DNA of 64,000 nt from Selenomonadaceae bacterium (GTDB lineage: Bacteria; Vulcanimicrobiota; Xenobia; Xenobiales; JADMJV01). Where the stretch lies: contig JBBCJA010000012.1 of assembly GCA_037189585.1 (NCBI GenBank), positions 58,693 to 122,692 on the forward strand, read 5' to 3'. A program made the translations under genes and the position numbers. Shown piece by piece: positions 55,903-64,000 of this stretch. The notes below the pieces were generated by a model, which saw nothing but the letters and a program-made list of their open reading frames with translations, was not told the origin of the DNA and did not search any database. Position 1 is the first letter of the stretch. Each line of letters starts with the position of its first letter.

Positions 55903-56394
55903 ATGAGCTACGCCTACTTCGTGGCCTGGTATTTCGCTCCGGCGATGCTATTCAATCTGCTGGCTTACCTGTCTGGCTGGTGGTTCGGCCCGCGGGCGCT
56001 TCTCCCCCTCGATTTACGGGCGAAACTCCACCACCGCCGTATCATCGGAGATGGTCGGGGTTATACGGGGTTTGCCTGGTTGCTTCTTTCGGCCATCCTC
56101 TGCTCCATCTTTCAAGAACGAGGGAATGAAACTCTTGTTCTGGCCATCGGAGCCCAACTAGGAACGATATCCATGAGCCTGATCAAGCGTCGTCTCGGAC
56201 ACGCTCACGGAGCGGCATTTCGCCCCTGGGAGCACATCGATTTTATCCTGGGAGCAGTGGTTTTGCAGGCGTTCTCCGGCGGAATCGACCTCTATCTGGC
56301 CCTTTCCGGGATTCTGCTCTGCGGCTCGCTCCATTGGCTCGCCGGCGGACTCATCAAGGCCTGGCTCGAGCCGAGTTCTGAGCCTAACCTTTAG
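55903..56394 (+). CDS. CDP-archaeol synthase (CarS, PF01864/DUF46)-like CTP-transferase membrane protein
   Basis: RRIIGDGRGYTGF and SLIKRRLGHAHGAAFRPWEHIDFILGAVVL match the CarS signature blocks DGRRILGDGKTYRGF and SFIKRRLG ... DQLDFVLGALL. About 5 TM, 163 aa. Confidence 0.55.
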   Translation: MSYAYFVAWYFAPAMLFNLLAYLSGWWFGPRALLPLDLRAKLHHRRIIGDGRGYTGFAWLLLSAILCSIFQERGNETLVLAIGAQLGTISMSLIKRRLGHAHGAAFRPWEHIDFILGAVVLQAFSGGIDLYLALSGILLCGSLHWLAGGLIKAWLEPSSEPNL

Positions 56395-56524
56395 CTATCG
56401 CTAATTGAGACTCAGCGCACTGAGCTTGGCTCGAGGATTTCTGGTCGACCATTCGGAAAGCTCATCCCCTGGTCATGCCTTTGCCGAAACGCCTTCATAA
56501 CAGCTCCAAGGCTCGGTCCACAAC

Positions 56525-58810
56525 TTGAGTTCCCCTCGTCTGGATCTGGGTGCGACGATGATGAATCGCTACAAGGTCGTGCGATTCATCGGCCGAGGCG
56601 GAATGGGCGCGGTCTATCTGTGCGAGGACCTCCGACTGCCTGGAAAACAATGGGCTCTTAAGGAGATGATCCTGCACGAGCCTGGTGTGGCCGAGCAAGT
56701 CCGGGAAAGCTTTCAACGCGAAGCGCAATTTCTGGCCGGCCTACGACACCGCAGCTTGCCTTTGATCGTCGATGTCTTTTCCCTTGAGGATCGTCAATAC
56801 ATCGTCATGGAGTACATCCATGGGGAGACGCTGGCTCAACGGGTCGAAAATCAAGGAATCCCAAGCGACACGATGGCGCTATCCTGGGCCCTTGAACTAG
56901 CCCAGGTTCTCGACTATCTGCATCGACAAGAGCGACCTATCATCTTTCGCGATCTCAAACCCGAGAATATCATCATCACTGATGACGGCCACGTTAAGGT
57001 GATCGATTTTGGGCTAGCCAGACACTTCGAGCCAGGGAAACGTCGGGACACACAGGCCAGCGGAACGGTAGGGTACGCCCCACCCGAACAGTGGGAGGAT
57101 TCCGGACAAAGCGATCCTCGCTCGGACATCTACTCCCTGGCCGCCACGCTCTTCTACGTGTTGACAGGGAAACCCCCGAGTCCCATCTATGGAAGCCATC
57201 GAATTCGCCCTTTTCGGCCCGACATCGACCCGGGGATCGAAGCGCTCGTTCTGCGCTGCCTACAACCGGACCCCTCGCAGCGCTATCGCTCAGCGGCCGA
57301 GCTCATTCGGGACCTACTTATTCTACTCAGTGAAGAGCGCCACCAGGGCGCTATGCAGCGACCGGAACTTTCCGACAGTGTGTCCTCCACACCGGTGGCA
57401 CGTGCGGCCAAGGTCAGAAATGGGCATCGTCCGGCCCCACTCAAAGCTCCTCTCAAATATCCAGACAAACTCCCGTACCTACTCGGAACAGGTCTGATTC
57501 TCTTTCTTATCGGCGCCCTGATGCCATTCGTCAGTTGGAATCCCAACGCGGTTCCCGTCGGTTACACGCATCACGACGGAATCACCGACCTTCTGGACGA
57601 AACCGAGCGGAGTAAAGACGACATCCGAAGTTTGATGAATGCTGGAAACTACGGTCAGGCCATCTCTATCCTGGACGGACTCCTGACTCGACATCCCCAA
57701 GATGCCGAAGCCCACATCCTCAAAAACAATGCCTACGTAGCCATGTCCGGACAGGAACCCGTGACCATCGGCGTCGTCAGCTCTTGGCACGGCGTGGAAA
57801 GAGAAGGGTTCCAGCTTCTCTACGGATATGCGCTCGCTCAGTCCGAACTCAACGCTGAACGAGCCGGCAAAAAGAAGCCCTTACTGTTGCAGCTCCACGA
57901 CGATCGATCCGACAACGAGCGACTGCTTGAAATCGTGCAAAATCTGGCCAAGGACACCAACATTCCCGTGGTGGTCGGCCCTTACACCTCTCAGGAGGCT
58001 CGACTAGTGGCACCGATCCTCAATAGCCAGGGGCTGCCGGCGGTCACTCCTGTGGCCTCCGACCCCCAACTGCTATCCACCGGACGCTTTCTTTTCTGCG
58101 TTTCCGATACCGACATAAAAAAGGTCCAGGCTCTGGCCGAGCGCCTCTACGCTGACGGATGCCGACAGGCGGCGGTCTTCGCCAACGAAGGGAGCATTCT
58201 GTCTCGCTCGCTGGCCGAGGTGTTCGTGGAAACCTTCCAATCCAAGGGAGGAAAAATCGCCATCAATGAAACCTACCCTCCCAATCAGTTGGACTACTCT
58301 TCCCAGGTAGCCCGGATCGGAGAGAAGAATGCCGACTGCGTCTTCCTCGGAGAATATCGCGTTCAACCGGTGATCGGATTCTGCGAGACACTCAAGCGGA
58401 TGGGAGTAGGCGCTCTCGTCGCGGCACAGACTCCGGGGTACGCCGAAGCCATATTCCGAAATGGCACGGAAGGAGTCGACGGGCTCTACGTCTCCACCTA
58501 TTATGTCCCGGAAGGCGGCCCCGCCAGCAATCCCGCTTTTGTCCGAGAATTTCGCCAAACCTTTGGGGGACGCTCACCGAGTCATCGAGAGGCACAGGCC
58601 TACGATAGTCTGCGCGTGGCCGTGGAAGCCGTGGACGCGGTCGGGCCCGATCGCGCTAAGATCGTCGAGTATCTCGAGTCCTTGGGTACCAAACAACCGC
58701 CCTACGCCGGGGTGAGCGGAACTTTCGCTCCTAGCAAAAACCTCGATCTTCGCGAACCCCACATCCTACGGCTTGAAAAGGGCGTCTACCGCTTGCTGAA
58801 AGGCTCCTAA
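56525..58810 (+). CDS. Hanks-type Ser/Thr protein kinase fused via one TM to a periplasmic type-I (LivK/amino-acid-binding-like) solute-binding domain. The probable start is the MMNRYK ATG at about 56558.
   Basis: GRGGMGAVY ... ALK, HRDLKPENIII, DFGLAR and GTVGYAPPE. The C-terminal ~400 aa has periplasmic-binding-protein fold patterning. Confidence 0.8.
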   Translation: MSSPRLDLGATMMNRYKVVRFIGRGGMGAVYLCEDLRLPGKQWALKEMILHEPGVAEQVRESFQREAQFLAGLRHRSLPLIVDVFSLEDRQYIVMEYIHGETLAQRVENQGIPSDTMALSWALELAQVLDYLHRQERPIIFRDLKPENIIITDDGHVKVIDFGLARHFEPGKRRDTQASGTVGYAPPEQWEDSGQSDPRSDIYSLAATLFYVLTGKPPSPIYGSHRIRPFRPDIDPGIEALVLRCLQPDPSQRYRSAAELIRDLLILLSEERHQGAMQRPELSDSVSSTPVARAAKVRNGHRPAPLKAPLKYPDKLPYLLGTGLILFLIGALMPFVSWNPNAVPVGYTHHDGITDLLDETERSKDDIRSLMNAGNYGQAISILDGLLTRHPQDAEAHILKNNAYVAMSGQEPVTIGVVSSWHGVEREGFQLLYGYALAQSELNAERAGKKKPLLLQLHDDRSDNERLLEIVQNLAKDTNIPVVVGPYTSQEARLVAPILNSQGLPAVTPVASDPQLLSTGRFLFCVSDTDIKKVQALAERLYADGCRQAAVFANEGSILSRSLAEVFVETFQSKGGKIAINETYPPNQLDYSSQVARIGEKNADCVFLGEYRVQPVIGFCETLKRMGVGALVAAQTPGYAEAIFRNGTEGVDGLYVSTYYVPEGGPASNPAFVREFRQTFGGRSPSHREAQAYDSLRVAVEAVDAVGPDRAKIVEYLESLGTKQPPYAGVSGTFAPSKNLDLREPHILRLEKGVYRLLKGS

Positions 58811-58862
58811 AACTGAAGCCTTCTACTTTCGATTTCAAGACAGTTAAGCAAAAGGAGATCCT

Positions 58863-59783
58863 ATGAGATCACTAATTCTGCTCCTACTGCTGTTCTCGAC
58901 TGCCGCTATGGCTACGCCGTGGCAGCCGCCGGCTGGCATTCCCCAGGTGCCGATCTGGCCGGCCAACTCACAGATTCTGGTTGGTGGCATTCGAAAGCTT
59001 GAGGACAAAGAACTCCTTGCCAAAGAGCCGTTCACAAATGTGGATATCCCCACCTATATGGTCTATCAGCCCAAAAAAAGAAACCCATCGGGCACTTGCA
59101 TCCTCATCTTCCCCGGTGGGGGATACCTGGGACTAGCCATGGATTTGGAGGGAACCGAGGTTGCCGAGTGGTTGGCCAAGTCCGGAATTACCGCCGTTTT
59201 AGTAAAGTACCGTGTTCCCTACTCCGGATGCTACTGGGATCGCAACCTGAAAAAACACGTGACTCCCAAAGTTCCGATGGCTTTGCAGGACGCCCAGAGA
59301 ACGCTCTCCACCATACGGTCTCGGGCTCGTGAACTTGGGGTCAATCCGAACAAGATCGGCGTGATGGGGTTCTCAGCCGGCGGGAACGTGGCGGTGCTCA
59401 CGAGCACGGCCTTCGCTCAACGCTCCTATACTCCGATGGATCCGATCGACAAAGTCAGTTGCCGGCCGGATTTTGCCATTCCCGTCTTCGCGGGACATAT
59501 GGTGATGACTCACAAGAACCTGAACTCCAGAGCCTTAAACAGCGACATTGTGATCTCCAAGGATATCCCTCCCACTCTTTTAGTGCATGCCAAGGACGAT
59601 CCGGTCAACCCGGTCTGGTATTCCGAGGTTTACGCCGAAGCCCTTAGGAGCTCCGGTTTGAACGTCAAGCTCAAACTCTATGAGACCGGCGGCCATGCCT
59701 TCGCGGTGCGAAAACAAGGCAAGCACTCCGACCGATGGACTAAGGATGCGCTTTCCTGGCTAGTCCAGATCAAGATGCTCTAA
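58863..59783 (+). CDS. Secreted alpha/beta-hydrolase (esterase/lipase-type)
   Basis: Signal peptide, oxyanion HGGG-like FPGGGY, nucleophile elbow GFSAGG, and C-terminal GGHAF. An AGGAGA SD is present. Confidence 0.75.
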   Translation: MRSLILLLLLFSTAAMATPWQPPAGIPQVPIWPANSQILVGGIRKLEDKELLAKEPFTNVDIPTYMVYQPKKRNPSGTCILIFPGGGYLGLAMDLEGTEVAEWLAKSGITAVLVKYRVPYSGCYWDRNLKKHVTPKVPMALQDAQRTLSTIRSRARELGVNPNKIGVMGFSAGGNVAVLTSTAFAQRSYTPMDPIDKVSCRPDFAIPVFAGHMVMTHKNLNSRALNSDIVISKDIPPTLLVHAKDDPVNPVWYSEVYAEALRSSGLNVKLKLYETGGHAFAVRKQGKHSDRWTKDALSWLVQIKML

Positions 59784-60015
59784 GCTCTCAGAAACAAATC
59801 GAGTAGTCCTTCCAGAAATACTTCGGGACTCTCAAGACCCCATATATTCAACAGGTTTGGCTATGCAGGACCGTCGCGCGGCGAATAGTCTTGACAACCC
59901 TTGTTGATCTTGATAACAATTTGTGTGAAAATTTGTTCACTCAACACACTATCAATGTCCGATACGGTATGTGGAGGAGAGTACCTCCATCAATTGTACC
60001 GAGAAGGGGTCAATA

Positions 60016-61515
60016 ATGAACCTTATCAAGCAAGGTCCGGTGAATCCAACGGTCTGGTCGACGGCGACTTTAGTGTCTTTAGGCGACCATGTCATTCATG
60101 AACTCGCTCTCAATTCCGTCGGTATCGACACGGCTTACCGGGTCACTCTCGGCCGATGCCTCTTAGCTGTCGAGGAAACGAAACTGTATCAACGATTCGG
60201 TTGTTCCGGAGCGGTGCACTATGGAACGTCGCGGCTCGGCATCGGGGTGCGCCACGCTCGAACCGTCCGCCGCGTGGCCAAGGCCTTGGAAGGGCTCCCA
60301 CGGCTCTCGATCGCCGCCGAGCGAGGAGAGATCGCCTGGGGGAAACTTCGCGAGATCGTCAGCAAGGCCAGTGCTGAAACGGAAAGCACATGGCTAACTC
60401 TCGCCCACGAGCGCTCCTACACCGAGATCGAACGCTTAGTGCGAGCCACAGAGCTAGGAAAGCTTCCCTGGGACCCGTCAGCGGTGCCTGAGCCGGAGAC
60501 GAAACTGCGTTTGCACTTTGCTTCTGAAACTGGAGAGATTTTCGAGCGGGCCAGGGCGCTTCTCTCGGAGCGATTCGAGAAACCGATCTCGATATCGGAA
60601 GCGCTAGAACATCTCTCCTTGGAATTCTTAGCCGGAAAGAAGCTAACCGCCGAGAAAGTGAAAAACGCCAAAATCGAGGCCAGACGTGGCTCTTGCGCGG
60701 CCAAGCGTAGAGATGCTCGATTGGTGGAGAAGGCCAAGGAGGCGGTCGAGACCCGAGGCGAGCAGGCAATTCTAGCTCACGCGCTGGGGGCGTCATCGTT
60801 AGCGGAGGACGACCCGCACGGGACATCGTCCGAGGCGGACCATCAATCAGCGGGAAGCTCTCCTCCTCAACCTGAGGTTGCCGATAGTCGGTGTAAGAAT
60901 TCTTCTCAAGAGAGTCCCAATCAGCACGTCCTGAAATTCGAACGTCCCGCACGGGTCACCACCGAACCAAATATCAAGGAGCAAAATTTCGATGAGCGAG
61001 AAGCTCAGGAGCGAGAGAGCAATCTCCCCACATCCCCCGTCAAAGTGCCCAGCGGGCAGGAAACGGTCACCCGTGGTTCCCATGAGCCAGAGCTCGCCGC
61101 CCACAGTCAAACCCATGACTGGAAGAATCCTCGTCTGCGATTCAATGTGAAGGCCCGCTCCGCGACACCCGCGCAACGCCGAGAGATTCTGCGTAGAGAT
61201 GCATATTGCTGCAGCACTCCGGGATGCCCCAACCGTCATTGGCTAGAACTGCATCACGTAGTACCGTTCTCTCGAAAAGGAGAGACCTTGCCCCGCAATC
61301 TGATCACTCTCTGCTCTCGTTGTCATAAGCATTTTCACGACGGTCACCTTCGAATTGAAGTCGCCTCGAACTCGGGATACATCTTTAAAGACGCCTATGG
61401 ACGCGACTTGGAGCGGGAAGCCCGAATCGAGATCGCCGGGTGGGTCAACTTCTGGCTCGGCTGGGAGGGTGGACCCGAAAACTGTTACATACGACGCTGG
61501 GCTATGGCCGCCTAA
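60016..61515 (+). CDS. HNH endonuclease with an N-terminal DUF222-like domain (mobile/selfish-element type). The likely start is MNLIKQ. The track ORF starts at 59971.
   Basis: C-terminal HNH motif CCSTPGCPNRHWLELHHVVPFSRKGET ... CSRCHKHFHDGHL. An AT-rich promoter-like region lies upstream. Confidence 0.7.
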   Translation: MNLIKQGPVNPTVWSTATLVSLGDHVIHELALNSVGIDTAYRVTLGRCLLAVEETKLYQRFGCSGAVHYGTSRLGIGVRHARTVRRVAKALEGLPRLSIAAERGEIAWGKLREIVSKASAETESTWLTLAHERSYTEIERLVRATELGKLPWDPSAVPEPETKLRLHFASETGEIFERARALLSERFEKPISISEALEHLSLEFLAGKKLTAEKVKNAKIEARRGSCAAKRRDARLVEKAKEAVETRGEQAILAHALGASSLAEDDPHGTSSEADHQSAGSSPPQPEVADSRCKNSSQESPNQHVLKFERPARVTTEPNIKEQNFDEREAQERESNLPTSPVKVPSGQETVTRGSHEPELAAHSQTHDWKNPRLRFNVKARSATPAQRREILRRDAYCCSTPGCPNRHWLELHHVVPFSRKGETLPRNLITLCSRCHKHFHDGHLRIEVASNSGYIFKDAYGRDLEREARIEIAGWVNFWLGWEGGPENCYIRRWAMAA

Positions 61516-61551
61516 GTTATCAGCATCCCAAGTATAGAGTCGGTCCGCCTT

Positions 61552-61640
61552 CAGATGAAAGACACGCACCGCGTGCAGTCGAGCAATGGGCGTCGCGCGC
61601 AGATGAATGACACGCACAGCGTGCAGTCGAGCAATAGGCG
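61552..61640. repeat. Two ~41-bp direct repeats with a 48-bp period between the HNH gene and the convergent histidine kinase
   Basis: CAGATGAAAGACACGCACCGCGTGCAGTCGAGCAATGGGCG and CAGATGAATGACACGCACAGCGTGCAGTCGAGCAATAGGCG. Confidence 0.55.
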
Positions 61641-61652
61641 CCGTTTCGACCC

Positions 61653-63923
61653 TTACGCGGGAGTGTCTTCCGTAGGGGGCGGTTGTGTCGGCAAAGTGAA
61701 AAGGAAGGTGCTGCCTTTTCCGATCACGCTTTCAACCCACAAACTACCACCGTGCTGTTCCACGATAGTCTTACAGATGGGTAAGCCTAGCCCGGTTCCC
61801 CCCTTTTCGCGAGAATCCGAGGCGTCGACCTGTCCGAAACGTTCGAAAATTTTGCCGACCTTTTCCATCGGAACGCCGCGACCATTGTCAGCCACTGAAA
61901 TCTGAGCCCACTGTCCATTTTCATTCTCCACGGTCTCGGCGAACAGCTTCACCTCGCCATCGCGGTTAGAGAACTTAATAGCGTTGGAAAGCAGGTTGGT
62001 CAAGACTTGCAGGCAGCGGTCAGAATCAGCCCAGACCTTGACCGAGAAAGGCTCGACTACAAGTTTCACGCCGTTGTCGTTGGCCATAGCCTGCATCGTC
62101 TCGCTAGCACCCAACATCAGGTTCGCCAGGTCGCACTCGATCTGTTCGACCGTGACCTTACCCGACTCGAGTCGCTCGATATCGAGAATATCGTTGATCA
62201 AGCGGACCAAGCGATCGGTATTCTCCACCGCGATCTTGAGCATCTTTTCGGCCTTGTCGGGGAATTTCTTCAATAGTCCGCTGGCTAGAAGGCCGAGCGA
62301 ACCACGAATTGAGGTCAAAGGTGTTCTCAACTCGTGACTGACAATAGAAATAAACTCGTTCTTCATCTGCTCGATGGCACGACGCTCGGTGATATCCTGG
62401 AAAGTCACCACCGCGCCAAGAATCCGCTCGTCTTCTTCCACGATAGGAGTGACCACGTAGTCCACCGGGAAGCTCGCGCCGTCTTTTCGCCACATGAGAT
62501 CGCCTTTGACGCGACGAACCTCTCCGTCGTTGAGAGTCGCGTAAGTGGGAGACTCTTCCCAGGGATATTCCGAACCATCAGCCTTTCGAGGCTGTAAAAT
62601 CTCGTGCATTGTGTGGACGGCCTTCATCAGCTCCTCTCGAGAGTGACCGGTGAACGACAAGGCCGCTGGATTCACGAAAGAGCACTCGCCCGCCAAGTTG
62701 ATCCCATAAACACCTTCTCCGACCGATTCAAGAATCAGTTCGTTTCGACGAGACAGTCGCTCGAGCTCTCGTTCGGCCTGTTGGCTCTCCGTGACATCCA
62801 AGGCGTGACAGCGGATAGAGATATCCCCAGCCTCTTCCGAGAGACTGGTTTGATACATCCAAAACCGAGTAGCTCCGTTCTTGGTGTAAAGCTTGAGCAG
62901 TCCACGGCTCGTTTCCTGAGTGCGGCACCGCTCGAGGTACTGGGGAAAAGTATGACGTTCCGTCGGAATGATGAAATCCTTGAGACTCCGCCCTTGCATT
63001 TCGCTAGTTTTGTATCCCAGCGAATCCGCCGAGGCAGGATTGAGCGACTGCAGGACACCTTTCTCGTCCTGGGTCCAGATCAGAGCCTGGCTCTTTTCGA
63101 AAAGGTCTCGGTAGCGCTCTTCCGCCTTCTCTAATCGACTCATCGAGTCTTTATAGGCTTGCTCTTTGATCTTCAAAGACTGGGCGCTCTCGTTGGCTCG
63201 GTCCTGGTGCTCCGCGGCTCGAGCAAACAAGTAGCGACAGTAACCCGCCACGGTCAAGGTACAGAACAGACCCAGAAGTCCAGCCAAGGCGGCTTCCCAA
63301 TGCACTGCGGGCGTCGCCTCTGATGAGGAAAACTCCGCTGACCAACGCTGGTCTCCAACTTGAATCGGAACGGAAGCGACCTCCTGGCTCTGACTCGAAG
63401 TATTGCCATCGGACCAAATTCGACCCTGGTCGGAAGCCTCTAGAGAGAGAGCCAGCGGTTCAGAAAGATCGCCGCGCGCTCTGGCCATCAGCTTCGAAAG
63501 GTCGAGCTCGCCGGCCAGAATACCGCGCCCCTCTCCGTTGTCAAAACTGACCGGGGTCAAGAGAACGACGCGACGCTGATTCCCCTCGCTGACCACACAT
63601 GTCGCGACCCCACCACTATTCAAGGCGCGCTCGACGCCGGCCGCTAGAGATGCCTGGGTGGTAAGATCTAAACCTTGTTGGAGATTGCCCGAGATTCCGG
63701 CAGCCATGACGACCGGAAAAAGATGAGGAAAATTCTGCAGACGGTCAGTCAGAAGACGGCGGTCAACATTGGGATAAGTCTTTAGAACTCGGTCTAGAGT
63801 TTGTTCCGTCAGCTCTGGAGCCCAGGCTGTAGCGGTGATGCTTCCGTCGGAGGAACTGGTGTCGGCCACGGAAGAGAAAAGTCCCGGTTGGACCGAGTCG
63901 AGCTGGGCAAAAACGGATCCCAT
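61653..63923 (-). CDS. PAS-domain sensor histidine kinase with an N-terminal extracytoplasmic sensor domain. The reading frame stays open to the right window edge, so the N-terminus may extend beyond 64000.
   Basis: H-box VSHELRTPLTSIRGSLGLL, N-box LTNLLSNAIKFS, DNGRGVP and GGTGLGLPICK. PAS/PAC blocks lie upstream of the kinase core. Confidence 0.8.
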   Translation of the reverse strand: MGSVFAQLDSVQPGLFSSVADTSSSDGSITATAWAPELTEQTLDRVLKTYPNVDRRLLTDRLQNFPHLFPVVMAAGISGNLQQGLDLTTQASLAAGVERALNSGGVATCVVSEGNQRRVVLLTPVSFDNGEGRGILAGELDLSKLMARARGDLSEPLALSLEASDQGRIWSDGNTSSQSQEVASVPIQVGDQRWSAEFSSSEATPAVHWEAALAGLLGLFCTLTVAGYCRYLFARAAEHQDRANESAQSLKIKEQAYKDSMSRLEKAEERYRDLFEKSQALIWTQDEKGVLQSLNPASADSLGYKTSEMQGRSLKDFIIPTERHTFPQYLERCRTQETSRGLLKLYTKNGATRFWMYQTSLSEEAGDISIRCHALDVTESQQAERELERLSRRNELILESVGEGVYGINLAGECSFVNPAALSFTGHSREELMKAVHTMHEILQPRKADGSEYPWEESPTYATLNDGEVRRVKGDLMWRKDGASFPVDYVVTPIVEEDERILGAVVTFQDITERRAIEQMKNEFISIVSHELRTPLTSIRGSLGLLASGLLKKFPDKAEKMLKIAVENTDRLVRLINDILDIERLESGKVTVEQIECDLANLMLGASETMQAMANDNGVKLVVEPFSVKVWADSDRCLQVLTNLLSNAIKFSNRDGEVKLFAETVENENGQWAQISVADNGRGVPMEKVGKIFERFGQVDASDSREKGGTGLGLPICKTIVEQHGGSLWVESVIGKGSTFLFTLPTQPPPTEDTPA

Positions 63924-64000
63924 CGTGGCTAGCTTGTTCTCGTCGGTCCGAAGCTCTTGACTGATCCGGTGACCCCAGGCCTCGGCAGCCCGGACTGAAG

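Overview
This is a 64-kb window of GC-rich (~60%) bacterial chromosome, apparently from a diderm (Gram-negative) organism. Evidence for that is an OprO/P-type porin, a TolC-like outer membrane factor and ArnT/ArnC-like lipid-A/LPS-modification glycosyltransferases. Genes are densely packed, with many 4-bp ATGA/GTGA start-stop overlaps and several GTG/TTG starts.

Gene content, left to right:
- a partial secreted-protein ORF running off the left edge, two tandem HTTM-domain membrane paralogs, and a divergent trio of prepilin-like (pseudopilin) genes;
- a lipoprotein, an S9-peptidase operon and a MEMO1-family protein;
- an OmpR-type two-component system;
- a Lys-rich/Gly-Gln-rich low-complexity protein and a methyltransferase;
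- a convergent two-component pair followed by an arn-like operon (two ArnT-like GT83, one ArnC-like GT2, one LAB_N protein);
- a phosphate-uptake block (OprP-like porin, PiT, DUF47/PhoU-like) next to a frameshifted PAP2 phosphatase pseudogene;
- a CzcCBA-type RND heavy-metal efflux operon;
- several low-GC (~50%) hypothetical genes that look horizontally acquired;
- a VOC/glyoxalase protein, a glycine-zipper protein, dinB, a tandem-GNAT acetyltransferase, a THUMP/RlmL-like RNA methyltransferase carrying a ~230-aa N-terminal Arg-Gly-rich tandem-repeat extension, and a secreted ankyrin-repeat protein;
- an MFS transporter;
- a complete chemosensory operon (hybrid HK, MCP, CheW, CheR, CheW, CheA-REC, CheB) preceded by a PilZ gene;
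- an unusual membrane operon of two paralogous polytopic proteins, two micro-ORFs and a CDP-archaeol-synthase (CarS/DUF46)-like protein;
- a Ser/Thr kinase fused to a periplasmic binding domain, an esterase, an HNH/DUF222 endonuclease and a PAS histidine kinase.

The most conspicuous non-genic signal is a family of intergenic repeats. There are two ~41-bp tandem arrays in inverted orientation (13.0-13.4 kb and 37.9-38.4 kb) plus at least seven dispersed ~35-60-bp single units.

I found no rRNA, confident tRNA or CRISPR.
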